Shown here one piece after another: positions 16,280 to 25,483 of a stretch of 64,000 nt of DNA. The notes beneath the pieces were generated by a model. The model did no database searches, was not told where the DNA came from, and was given only the letters and a program-made list of their open reading frames with translations. This DNA comes from an uncultured Clostridia bacterium (GTDB lineage Bacteria > Bacillota > Clostridia > Christensenellales > CAG-138): assembly GCA_947168855.1 (NCBI GenBank), contig CAMVNO010000001.1, positions 137,077 through 201,076 on the forward strand, given 5' to 3'. How positions within the stretch are numbered: the first letter of the stretch is position 1; the number at the start of each line of letters is the position of its first letter. A program made the position numbers and the translations under genes.

Positions 16280-16378
16280 ATGAAAAAAGTTTGCGCAAAT
16301 GCGCAAATGGGAGCCGCGTGTAGTGTTCGAGGGAGAAGCGGCAAAGACGAGAAAGTGCGGGCGTTCTCGTCAAATCAT

Positions 16379-16455
16379 GGATCTGTGGCGCAGTTGGTTA
16401 GCGCGGCCGCCTCATAAGCAGTTGGTCCTCGGTTCGAATCCGAGCAGGTCCACCA
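16379..16455 (+). tRNA. prophage-encoded tRNA, anticodon CAU (Met or lysidine-Ile type)
   Basis: Manual cloverleaf. Acceptor GGATCTG/CAGGTCC, D arm GCGC-AGTTGGTTA-GCGC, anticodon loop CTCATAA, T arm CTCGG-TTCGAAT-CCGAG, encoded CCA. The anticodon stem GCCGC/GCAGT has one C-A mismatch and one G-U pair. Confidence 0.7.
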
Positions 16456-16571
16456 AACCTTGTAACGGAAGTGCTGAAAGATGCACGGGAGCTACGCAAA
16501 CAGAGTGCGCGTGGCAATAGCGCGAATGCGGTGGTGGGGCTGAAGCGCAACGGAGAAAGGAGGAAACAGGA

Positions 16572-17420
16572 ATGTCTTATCGAGTAAAGCAGCGCACGTT
16601 TTCGGGCGTCGTTTGTGAACAGGAGATATTCTCTGTTTCCTCTTCGCGTCGCAGACGGTCAAAAAAGAGACTGCCGCAAATCAGATTCCAATCGGAGGAA
16701 CAATACGAACAGTATAAAGCAGGGATCAGCCGCCGTCGTTTCGTGCAGCTCGTGAACTGCAACTTTTCGCCTTCTTCCTATTATTCCACTTTGACGTTTG
16801 ATCAGGAAAATGAGGTACATACATTTCAGGAAGCGCGTAAAATCCGTGATCGGTTTTGGCGTCGCCTGAAATATATGTATCCGGACGCGGTTATTTGTAT
16901 CGTGATGGGCCGCGGGAAAACGACATCGAGGATCCATTTTCACATGCTCTCTGAAGGCGTCGATCCGGACGATATAAAAAAGCAGTGGATTATGTACGGA
17001 GCCGTCGTAGATATCCGGCAGCTGCGCGAACACAATTATTATAACGGAATCGACTACGGGGCGGACTATACCGCGCTCGCCAATTATTTATGGAAACATT
17101 GGACACCAGAGCAGGGCGGGCATCGATATAAAATGTCAAAGAACGCCAAAAAGCCGGAAAAAGAAACGCCGACGCAGCCGGTCCGCGAGTATTCCGTCGA
17201 GCATCCGCCGCGTCCGCCGATCGGATATGCGTATGTTGAGGGATTCCAGACGGAATACGGATACATGCATTTCAAATATGTAAAGATACCGGAAAAGGAC
17301 AAAAAACAGGGTTCACGCGAAAACCTTTTGAATCTTCCTTGTATATATGAAAAGTTTTGCAACGAAGAAAAGGAGAATGGAATCCGAAGGGTGATATCTC
17401 ACCCGCAGAGCGGTCATTGA
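16572..17420 (+). CDS. candidate HUH-superfamily rolling-circle replication initiator (Rep)
   Basis: Three ordered motifs: YYSTLTFD (motif I, uuTuT), SRIHFHMLSEG (HuH) and ALANYLWKH (YxxK). 282 aa. Family not verified by any search. Confidence 0.5.
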   Translation: MSYRVKQRTFSGVVCEQEIFSVSSSRRRRSKKRLPQIRFQSEEQYEQYKAGISRRRFVQLVNCNFSPSSYYSTLTFDQENEVHTFQEARKIRDRFWRRLKYMYPDAVICIVMGRGKTTSRIHFHMLSEGVDPDDIKKQWIMYGAVVDIRQLREHNYYNGIDYGADYTALANYLWKHWTPEQGGHRYKMSKNAKKPEKETPTQPVREYSVEHPPRPPIGYAYVEGFQTEYGYMHFKYVKIPEKDKKQGSRENLLNLPCIYEKFCNEEKENGIRRVISHPQSGH

Positions 17421-17503
17421 CGTAGCCGTAGTAGAGCGGTGGACACCTGTGAGCTGCGGGGGCAAGTCACACGGAACCAGGACGTGAACATAGAGACATG
17501 ACT

Positions 17504-17588
17504 TGTCCACACCGGTCACAGAGTCCACCAAGAGAATATGTGTCGGGCAGTGTCGGGCAACCCGCAGGGGTGTCCACACTGTCCACAC
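17504..17588 (+). repeat. iteron-like short repeats downstream of the Rep candidate
   Basis: TGTCCACAC at 17504, 17571 and 17580 (the last two are tandem). GTCCACCA at 17523, and an inverted GGTGGACACC at 17439. Tandem GTGTCGGGCA x2 at 17540-17559. Confidence 0.8.
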
Positions 17589-17607
17589 ACCAACGAAAGG
17601 AGTAAAC

Positions 17608-18084
17608 ATGCGAACGATCAGAAGACAGCACTACAAAGACTATGCATCCGACGCCTTCCGGGTGCTCGGGAAGTACGGATCAGCGGACGCATACCGTGAG
17701 CGCGTTCTTGCGGCAATCGAGCAGCGACGCGCAGATCTCGGCACGCGCATAGACGCGCCGATCGGCAGTCCTACGGAAGCTGCGATCATACGGGCAGAGG
17801 AGGCGATCGACGATGCAAAGGCAACGCTTGCGGACATCGAAGCTGCGGAAAAGGCGCTGCAGATCTGCGCGGTACGCGATCTGAAGCAGAACACGCGGAT
17901 CGTGACGGCTGTCAAGGCAGTATATATGCTCGAGCGCGACCGGCTGCCGAGCCATCACGAGATCATGGAGACGGTGATCGCATGCTCGATCATTGTACCG
18001 TGCGACCGGGCGACGATCTACAGGTGGCTCGGATTCGCACGGACGGTATTCGCGCGTGAACGCGGGCTTCGCATCAGAGATTGA
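17608..18084 (+). CDS. putative late-gene transcriptional regulator (C-terminal HTH)
   Basis: MRTIRRQHYKDY...; C-terminal DRATIYRWLGFARTVFARERGL resembles an HTH. Its position just upstream of HNH/terminase is typical of RinA/ArpU-like activators. AAAGGAG RBS. Confidence 0.4.
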   Translation: MRTIRRQHYKDYASDAFRVLGKYGSADAYRERVLAAIEQRRADLGTRIDAPIGSPTEAAIIRAEEAIDDAKATLADIEAAEKALQICAVRDLKQNTRIVTAVKAVYMLERDRLPSHHEIMETVIACSIIVPCDRATIYRWLGFARTVFARERGLRIRD

Positions 18085-18096
18085 AAGGAGCAGCAT

Positions 18097-18345
18097 ATGA
18101 AAGACGATTACATCAAGCGCAGCGACGCGTACCGGATCGCGCTGCAATTCGGTTCCGATGTAGCAGCGCAAAAGATCACGGAACTCGACAGCGCTACTCT
18201 CGATCTTGACACAGGGGATAAATTCGAACCTTTCTATCGTGAACATGTTTTCAACGGCGAAATACAATGTCCGCATTGTTATAGCATAATACCATTCAAA
18301 TTGCGTCAACAGATTATGTTGGGTGCACGAGAACGGAAACAATAA
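18097..18345 (+). CDS. hypothetical phage protein (CPHC motif)
   Basis: 82-aa ORF with an RBS. Confidence 0.5.
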   Translation: MKDDYIKRSDAYRIALQFGSDVAAQKITELDSATLDLDTGDKFEPFYREHVFNGEIQCPHCYSIIPFKLRQQIMLGARERKQ

Positions 18346-18402
18346 CTATGCGAACAGTCGGTATTATAACGTGATATAGTGATAGTGGCAGAAGGATGAT
18401 TG

Positions 18403-18843
18403 ATGATCATTCGAGTGCCCTCCGAAGCTCCTCGGTACGTCCCAACCGAGGAGCGTTTTGTTTTGAGGTACACGATGGCAAATGATCCGGTGCGCATGAC
18501 GTCGCGTGAGCTTGATGCGCTGCGCGAGATGATCAAGAGCGGGAATGAGAAACGGTTTTACGATTGGACAAAGTGGCAGATTGAGCGGGACTATGTGATG
18601 CGCTGCGATCGGCACGAATGCCAACAATGCAAGCGCCGGGGACGGTACAGACGCGCAACGATCGTGCACCACATAAAGCACCTGAAAGATCGCCCGGATC
18701 TGGCACTGTGTATGTATGATCCGGACACCGGCGAGCGGCAGCTTGAAAGCGTTTGCAAAATCTGCCACGAAGAAAACCATCCGGAATGGCAGCGACCGAT
18801 TCAAAACAACCCGAGATTTACAACCGAGGAGCGTTGGGACTGA
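18403..18843 (+). CDS. HNH endonuclease (packaging-associated)
   Basis: CQQCKRRG...IVHHIKHL...VCKICHEENH is an HNH motif. Located directly upstream of terS/terL. Confidence 0.8.
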   Translation: MIIRVPSEAPRYVPTEERFVLRYTMANDPVRMTSRELDALREMIKSGNEKRFYDWTKWQIERDYVMRCDRHECQQCKRRGRYRRATIVHHIKHLKDRPDLALCMYDPDTGERQLESVCKICHEENHPEWQRPIQNNPRFTTEERWD

Positions 18844-18977
18844 CAACGATAATCCCCCCGTTCAAAAAACGGCTTTTTCGGCCGTCGAAACGGATCGTGC
18901 GGGTAGCATCCTCCGAGGTGCGCTTCGCGCGCGCGGTGGCGCGGAACAGGGCAAAACGGACAAAAAGGAGCGGAAAA

Positions 18978-19295
18978 ATGAGCAAAAAAAGCCGAAAAAC
19001 GCGCAGGCGAGAACTCAAAACGCGCATTTATGCCGTCCTTGAAGAACACGGCGCGAACGATGCGGTGCATGCGGACCGCGCCGAAGAATATCTCACGCTT
19101 TGGGACATCCGGGAGGATCTGAAAGAGGACATCGAGAAAAACGGGGCGACGCAGTACGATGCCAAGCGCGGCATGGACGTCGAAAACCGGAGCGTGTCTC
19201 TGATGATCCAGACGTCGCGACAAATGTCATCGCTCTATCAGCTGCTCGGCCTCGAAGAATTATCCGGACAGGGCTCAAACAATGACGAGCTATAA
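18978..19295 (+). CDS. terminase small subunit (P27-like)
   Basis: MSKKSRKTRRRELKTRIY...LWDIREDLKEDIEKNG...QLLGLEE. AAGGAG RBS at 18965. Sits upstream of and overlaps terL. Confidence 0.7.
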   Translation: MSKKSRKTRRRELKTRIYAVLEEHGANDAVHADRAEEYLTLWDIREDLKEDIEKNGATQYDAKRGMDVENRSVSLMIQTSRQMSSLYQLLGLEELSGQGSNNDEL

Positions 19296-20958
19296 GACGC
19301 CGGTCCCCCCGGTTGTCGAAGCATACCTTCAGGAGATCGAATCCGGAGAATACCGGAACTGCAAACGCATCGATGCTGTCGCTCGGTATATCCGTCATGT
19401 TTTCGAGACCGAGGATCTGATCTTCGAAGCGTCGCGCTGCGAAAAGTATCTATCGCTTGAAAAGTATTTTCCGTTCGTTCTGTTTCCGTGGGAAAAGGCA
19501 CAAGTCGCGCTCTGGCTCTGCACATACCGGCGTGACGGCTTTCCGAGATGGCCGACGCTGTTCGACTTCATGGGACGCGGAGGCGGCAAAGACGGGTTTA
19601 TTTCGTTTATCGCATTCTGTCTGATATCGCCATACAATCCGGCAACCGGATATGACGTCGACATCTGCGCGAACAACGAATACCAGGCACAGCGCCCGCT
19701 GTCAGACCTTGTCGACATGATCACCCGATCAAAGGATAAGGCAAAGCTCGATCGATTCTATCACACAAAGATCGAGAGCATCAAAGGGCGCAGCAACGGC
19801 GGTACTATCATGGGCCGCACCGGGAATCCGGGCGGCAAGGACGGCATGCGTTCCGGCGTCGTGATACTGAACGAGGTACACGCCTATCAGGATTATGCGC
19901 TGATCAACGTATTCGAGACCGGGCTCGGAAAGAAAGACGATCCGCGCACCGGTATTTTTTCTTCAAACGGCGACGTGTCAGATGGGCCGCTTGACGATTA
20001 TATTGCACGGGCGGATCGGATCCTGTTCGAAGGCGAGGACGACCGCGGCTTTTTGCCGTTTTGTTGGTCGCTTGACGATATATCCGAGATCCACGATCCG
20101 CTGAACTGGTACAAAGCGAATCCTTCAATGCGGTACCTCCCGGTGCTGCAGCACAGGATCGCGAATGAGTATGAGGAATGGAAACGCGAACCGGAAAATC
20201 ATTCCTCGTTTCCGACGAAGCGCATGGGGATCCGAGCCGGATCCGCAGAGCAGAGCGTAACCGCGTACGAGAATGTGCGCGCGACGAACGTGAAGCTACC
20301 CGATATGTCGGGATGGACGTGCACAGTAGGACTCGATTATGCCGAACTCAACGACTGGGCAGCGATCAATCTGCACTTTAAGCAAGGATCAGAGCGTTTC
20401 GACCTATGCCATGCCTGGATGTGCGCAAACGGCAGATACGTCAACCGTATAAAACCGAATTGGAGAAAATGGGTTGACATGGGGCTTCTGACAGTTGTCG
20501 AAGATGCGACTATCACCCCGGAGCTGCTTGCGGAATACGTCGCGGAGATCTGCAATATTTACAACGTCGTGAGTCTCGTGATCGATCACTTCAGATGGAC
20601 GCTCGTATCGCAGGCGTTTGAAAAAATCGGCTTCGATCCGGCTGACAAAAAGCGAGTAAAGCTCGCTCGGCCGTCTGACATCATGACAGTCGAGCCGGTT
20701 ATACAGGACTGCTTCACGCGGCACCTGTTCAGATGGGGCGATAACCCGATGCTGCGGTGGGCGACGCAGAACACAAAGCGCGTCCGGTCGTCAAAGCGTA
20801 TCGGTTCGGACACCGGAAACTATTACTATGCGAAAATCGAGTATCGATCAAGGAAAACGGACCCGTTTATGGCGTTGGTGCATTCCATGATCATGGAAAA
20901 AGAGATCGACAATGCGGGCGGCCCAGAGGTTCCGTTATTTGGCGCGATCGAGCTATGA
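19282..20958 (+). CDS. terminase large subunit
   Basis: 558 aa. Walker-like FMGRGGGKDG followed by a C-terminal nuclease region. Lies between terS and portal. Confidence 0.85.
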   Translation: MTSYKTPVPPVVEAYLQEIESGEYRNCKRIDAVARYIRHVFETEDLIFEASRCEKYLSLEKYFPFVLFPWEKAQVALWLCTYRRDGFPRWPTLFDFMGRGGGKDGFISFIAFCLISPYNPATGYDVDICANNEYQAQRPLSDLVDMITRSKDKAKLDRFYHTKIESIKGRSNGGTIMGRTGNPGGKDGMRSGVVILNEVHAYQDYALINVFETGLGKKDDPRTGIFSSNGDVSDGPLDDYIARADRILFEGEDDRGFLPFCWSLDDISEIHDPLNWYKANPSMRYLPVLQHRIANEYEEWKREPENHSSFPTKRMGIRAGSAEQSVTAYENVRATNVKLPDMSGWTCTVGLDYAELNDWAAINLHFKQGSERFDLCHAWMCANGRYVNRIKPNWRKWVDMGLLTVVEDATITPELLAEYVAEICNIYNVVSLVIDHFRWTLVSQAFEKIGFDPADKKRVKLARPSDIMTVEPVIQDCFTRHLFRWGDNPMLRWATQNTKRVRSSKRIGSDTGNYYYAKIEYRSRKTDPFMALVHSMIMEKEIDNAGGPEVPLFGAIEL

Positions 20959-20969
20959 GGAGATGAAAC

Positions 20970-22196
20970 GTGAAGATTATTGACTGGATCAGATCAAAGT
21001 TCGCGCCGGGGCAGAGACAAGAGATCAGCACGCAAGATATCCCGGATGATATATGGAATCTCTATGAGGAGTTCAGGATCCGGGAGTTCGCTTTCTTTAC
21101 CTGCGTGAACATGATCGCAAATGCGCTCGGAAGATGCGAATTTCGGACGTACAAAAACCGGAAAGAGGAGAAAAAGGCCGAGTATTACATGTGGAATGTA
21201 GATCCGAGCCGAAACGAGAACAGCACTATGTTCCTGCATCATCTCGTCGCCAATCTTTACCGGGACAACGAAGCGCTCCTGATCGTGACAAAGAACAGGG
21301 ACAGGCGTGATGGTATAGTCGTCGCCGACGCCTGGACAGCCGGACCGCTTTATGCAAGCGTTCAGCGTGAGTATTCCGGCATTCGCGTCGGTGAAACTGT
21401 CTACAATAAAAAGTTCCTTGAAGAAGACGTCATACATATTCGGCTCAACAATCAGAATATGCGGGTGGTCGTCGACGGACTGAACTATTGTTTCGAGAAG
21501 CTGCTCAATGCGGTAGCAAACTCCGAAACATGGAAGAACGGGCAGCACTGGAAGGTTCACATTGATAACGTCGAGGGCGGAGACGGTGAAAAGGAAAAGA
21601 AATTCCGCGAGCTGATCAATGATCAGTTCAAGCCGTTTCTGAAGACATCCGGCGCGGTGCTTCCGGAGTTCAACGGATACAAGTACGAGAATGTCAGCGA
21701 ATCGACGGGCGGTTCCGGAACACGAGACGTCCGGAGCATGATCGACGACATCTTTGACATGACATTTCTTGCGTTCGGGATCCCGATTGTGCTGATCGGC
21801 GGCAAAGTCGAAAGTACCAAGGATGCGAACATGCGCTTCCTGACGACAATGGACGCCGTCGCCGATCAGATCTCCGAGGAGATCAACCGCAAGAGATACA
21901 CCTTTGACGACTGGCGCGCCGGCACATACCTCCGGATCGATACGTCAAGCATCATGCATTATGACATCTTCGAGAACGCCGCCGCGATCGAAAAGATCGT
22001 CGGATCCGCCGCGTACTGTATCAATGACATCCGCCGCGCAACCGGTGACGAGCCGATCCCGGAGCCGTGGGCGGACAAACACTATCTGACAAAGAACATC
22101 GGCACGATGGAGAACAGTTCCCGCGCGCTTGAAGATGAGAAAGGAGAAAAACCAGATGGCAAAGAAAATGTGGGATCTGAAGCAGAAAGCAGATGA
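20970..22196 (+). CDS. portal protein (HK97 family)
   Basis: 408 aa. GTG start after AGGAGA. Position and size fit. Acidic C-terminus. Confidence 0.8.
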   Translation: MKIIDWIRSKFAPGQRQEISTQDIPDDIWNLYEEFRIREFAFFTCVNMIANALGRCEFRTYKNRKEEKKAEYYMWNVDPSRNENSTMFLHHLVANLYRDNEALLIVTKNRDRRDGIVVADAWTAGPLYASVQREYSGIRVGETVYNKKFLEEDVIHIRLNNQNMRVVVDGLNYCFEKLLNAVANSETWKNGQHWKVHIDNVEGGDGEKEKKFRELINDQFKPFLKTSGAVLPEFNGYKYENVSESTGGSGTRDVRSMIDDIFDMTFLAFGIPIVLIGGKVESTKDANMRFLTTMDAVADQISEEINRKRYTFDDWRAGTYLRIDTSSIMHYDIFENAAAIEKIVGSAAYCINDIRRATGDEPIPEPWADKHYLTKNIGTMENSSRALEDEKGEKPDGKENVGSEAESR

Positions 22197-22935
22197 TCCG
22201 AAAACGCTCGATCTGTTCATCTACGGGGATGTCGAGGCAATCACTATTGATTGGGTAAACTGTACGCTCAAAGAAAGCGAAAACAGCGCAAACGCATTCC
22301 GCAAGGCGCTCGAAGAACACAGCGACGCCGAGCAGATCAATATCTACATCAATTCGTGGGGCGGATCCGTAGCGGAGGGGACGGCGATCTATAGTCAGCT
22401 GCGCCGGCACCCGGCACAGAAGACGGTGTATGTCGACGGCTTCGCATGCTCGATCGCGTCTGTTATCGCTATGGCGGGCGACAAAATCATCATGCCGAGA
22501 AACACGATGATGATGATTCACAATATGGCGTGGAGCGTATACGGAAACGCGGCAGAGCTCCGCAAAGCAGCGGACGATCTCGACGTGATCAACAAGTGCG
22601 GACAAAACGCCTATCTCGAAAAGGCGGGCGGCAAGCTTGACGAAAAGACGCTGTCTGAGCTCATGAACGCCGAAACCTGGCTTCCGGCTGATCGTTGCTT
22701 TGAGCTCGGTCTTTGCGACGAAGTCCAGGATCGCGATGCCGATATGAAGGACGCTGCGGAGGCGATTCAGAAGACGATGCAGCGGATCGAGCAGAGGATC
22801 GATACAAGCGAGGGACTTGCCGCGCAGCTGCGCAAGATCGTCGAATACACAAAGACTCCGGTGAAAGATCCGGGGAAACCTGCAGATCAGGCAACAAAGC
22901 CGGGCGGACTTTTCGCCCGGTTTTCTCATCAATAA
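22156..22935 (+). CDS. ClpP-like prohead serine protease
   Basis: INSWGGSVAEGTAIYSQL...GFACSIASVIAMAGDKIIMPRNTMMMIHN is the ClpP/S14 fold with the active-site Ser. ATG at 22156 follows AAGGAG. Confidence 0.85.
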   Translation: MAKKMWDLKQKADDPKTLDLFIYGDVEAITIDWVNCTLKESENSANAFRKALEEHSDAEQINIYINSWGGSVAEGTAIYSQLRRHPAQKTVYVDGFACSIASVIAMAGDKIIMPRNTMMMIHNMAWSVYGNAAELRKAADDLDVINKCGQNAYLEKAGGKLDEKTLSELMNAETWLPADRCFELGLCDEVQDRDADMKDAAEAIQKTMQRIEQRIDTSEGLAAQLRKIVEYTKTPVKDPGKPADQATKPGGLFARFSHQ

Positions 22936-22965
22936 AAACACCGAAGAAAGGAAAAGAGAAAACAA

Positions 22966-24450
22966 ATGGCAATGATCAACAACGACAAGAAGCTTGAAGC
23001 TCGCAATGCGATTCGCGTCAAGCTGATGCAGGCGATCAAGGATAACAGCGAGGAAAACTTCGTTGCCGCGATCGATGAACTCATGGAAAGCGTGGCGGAC
23101 GACGTCAGAGCTGAATATGAGGAGACCAGGAATGAAACGGATGCGCGGATCCTTGCAGAGCGCGGCGTCCGTCAGCTGACGTCTGAGGAGCGTCGTTTCT
23201 ATGACGGTGTTCTGAAGGCGATGAAATCCGCGGATCCGAAGCAGGCGCTTTCGAGCGCGGAGCTGACGCTCCCGAAGACGACGATCGACGCCGTTTTCGA
23301 GGAGTTGCAGACGAGTCATCCGCTGCTTTCCAAGATCAACTTCCGTCCGTCCGGTGGCGCGGTCGAGATCATCACGAGCTCGAACGGCTATCAGAGGGCG
23401 GTATGGGGCGAGCTGTCAGCGCAGATCGTGACCGAGCTGCTTGCGGGCTTCAGCAAGGTAAACACGCAGCTCTTTAAGCTGACCGCGTTTTTGCCGGTTG
23501 TCAAGGCAATGCTCGATCTCGGTCCGGAATGGCTCGATAAATTCGTCCGCGAAGTTCTGGTCGAAGCGCTCGCAAACGGTCTCGAATACGGCATCGTAAC
23601 CGGTACCGGAAAGAGCATGCCGATCGGTATGGATCGTCAGGTCGGCGCGGGTGTCACCGTCGTCGATGGCGTGTACCCGAAGAAGGTCAAGATCACGCTC
23701 AACGATCTCAGTCCGCAGAGCGTCGGAAATCTGCTCGGTCTGATGGCTGTGGATGCAGCCGGAAAGCCGCGCGAGATCAAGGACATCATCCTTCTCGTCA
23801 ACCCCACGGACTATTTCACGAAGATCATGCCGGCGACCACGATCATGGGCCCGAACGGCGACTACAAGAACAATGTGACGCCGTACCCGATGGAGATCAT
23901 CCAGACGAATGCGCTGTCTTCCGGGGATGCGATCATCGGTATCGCGTACCGCTATCTTGCGGTAGCCGGCACCGGCAAGGAAGGGAAGATCGAGTACAGC
24001 GATCATGCGCGCTTCCTCGACGACGAGCGTGTTTACATGATCAAGGCGTATGCGAACGGCTTGCCGATGGACAACGCCGCATTCCAACTGCTCGACATCT
24101 CCAATCTCACGCCGCTTGCCTACAAGGTCACCGCGGTCGACGCACGGACGCCGAGCTCTGACGCGACGCTTGGCAGCTTGAAGATCGGCTCGCTGACGCT
24201 GTCGCCGACGTTCGCGGCAAATACGACCGCATACACCGCGAGCACGACCAACACCAAGAACAAGATCGACGTCGTCCCGGCTGACGCAGGTGCGTCCGTC
24301 GTGATCACGCTCAACAACGCGATCGTCCCGAACGGGTCCGATCTGACGTGGAGCAGCGCAAACAGCGGTGTCAATACCGTTGTCGTGACCGTAACCGCCG
24401 AGGACGGCACTACGCAGAAGGCGTATACCGTCACCGTGACGAAGTCGTAA
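22966..24450 (+). CDS. major capsid protein (HK97-like) with C-terminal cadherin-like/Ig-like domain
   Basis: 494 aa. N-terminal delta-like coiled region and a capsid body. The last ~97 aa (ATLGSLKIGSLTLSPTFAANTTAYTAST...VTAEDGTTQKAYTVTVTKS) match the cadherin-like beta-sandwich pattern. Confidence 0.8.
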   Translation: MAMINNDKKLEARNAIRVKLMQAIKDNSEENFVAAIDELMESVADDVRAEYEETRNETDARILAERGVRQLTSEERRFYDGVLKAMKSADPKQALSSAELTLPKTTIDAVFEELQTSHPLLSKINFRPSGGAVEIITSSNGYQRAVWGELSAQIVTELLAGFSKVNTQLFKLTAFLPVVKAMLDLGPEWLDKFVREVLVEALANGLEYGIVTGTGKSMPIGMDRQVGAGVTVVDGVYPKKVKITLNDLSPQSVGNLLGLMAVDAAGKPREIKDIILLVNPTDYFTKIMPATTIMGPNGDYKNNVTPYPMEIIQTNALSSGDAIIGIAYRYLAVAGTGKEGKIEYSDHARFLDDERVYMIKAYANGLPMDNAAFQLLDISNLTPLAYKVTAVDARTPSSDATLGSLKIGSLTLSPTFAANTTAYTASTTNTKNKIDVVPADAGASVVITLNNAIVPNGSDLTWSSANSGVNTVVVTVTAEDGTTQKAYTVTVTKS

Positions 24451-24451
24451 C

Positions 24452-24766
24452 ATGAGCGCGCAGGCACAGGCGATCATCGCGGACGTCAAGAACCATCTCC
24501 AGATAACCTGGAATGATAGTGCGACCGATCAAAGGATCGGGAACTACATCGAAAACGGGATCGCGTACCTGGATGATAAAAGAGGAGCAGCTGCGGACTA
24601 TACCGTTTCCGGTTATCCGCGGGCGCTCCTCTTTGAGTACGTCAGGTATGCGCGTGACGATGCGCTTGACGTCTTCGAAACCAATTATCAAAGTCTGATC
24701 CTTGCGATGAGGCAGCAGAGGCAGGTGTCGGAATATGCGGAAAATTCCGTTTCGGCCGAGGAGTGA
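24452..24766 (+). CDS. head-tail connector protein (gp6-like)
   Basis: 104 aa, directly after the capsid gene. Contains a VKNHLQITW..D...I..YI motif. Confidence 0.6.
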   Translation: MSAQAQAIIADVKNHLQITWNDSATDQRIGNYIENGIAYLDDKRGAAADYTVSGYPRALLFEYVRYARDDALDVFETNYQSLILAMRQQRQVSEYAENSVSAEE

Positions 24767-25133
24767 TAAACAGATCTCGCAGACGTTCAACGATGGATTC
24801 GTAAAGCTCTATTCCGTACAGGATACCGCGGAGATCGGCCGCATGCCGGTTAAGCGTGAGACGCTTGTCGTGCAGCTCGATTATGAAAACCGCTCGGTCG
24901 GCTCGTCGCAGTTTTATCAAGCCGCGCAAGCGCAGATCAAAATCGAAAAAGTGATCCGGGTGCAGCGTCGTCCCGGCATCGATACAAAGATGACGGCGGA
25001 GCTCGAAGACGGTACGAAATACGACGTCGCCCGAGTGCAGCTGATCACGGATTGCCGCCCGGCGTCTCTCGATCTGACGCTGACCGAATACTCGCAAGCG
25101 GAAGATCAAACCGAGGAACAGGAGGACGATTAA
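24735..25133 (+). CDS. head closure / head-tail adaptor protein
   Basis: 132 aa. Called on position and size within an HK97-like connector module. Confidence 0.55.
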   Translation: MRKIPFRPRSDKQISQTFNDGFVKLYSVQDTAEIGRMPVKRETLVVQLDYENRSVGSSQFYQAAQAQIKIEKVIRVQRRPGIDTKMTAELEDGTKYDVARVQLITDCRPASLDLTLTEYSQAEDQTEEQEDD

Positions 25134-25136
25134 CCG

Positions 25137-25483
25137 TGTCAAGATGGTATGAAAAAATCATCGCCGCGCACACGCAGGTCACGGACAACGTCAGTCACTA
25201 CGAGCGACTGAAAGGCAGCCGGTATTTCGTCTGGCAAGAAGAAGGCAGAACCGACTATGTGAACGACAACGGGCAGCACACGGAGAAAACAGTCCACGGA
25301 TCGACGGATCTGTATACAAAAACAGAGTTCGATCCGTGGGCGGACGAAATCGAGGACGCCTTCGAGGCGGCAGGGATCCCGTATCAGAAAACGCTTGCCG
25401 GGACGAAAGAGCCGGAAAGCGGGCTGATACATCACGAGTGGACATGGAGCGTGCGAGATGGCAACGATGAAAATCAGCAGTGA
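25137..25483 (+). CDS. neck/tail-completion protein (hypothetical)
   Basis: GTG start directly after the previous stop. It is the downstream part of track ORF 25052. Confidence 0.45.

Noticed and set aside
16299-16520. 73-aa ORF overlapping the tRNA(CAU).
   Set aside because: The region folds into a complete tRNA cloverleaf. The ORF has no RBS and is explained by the tRNA sequence.
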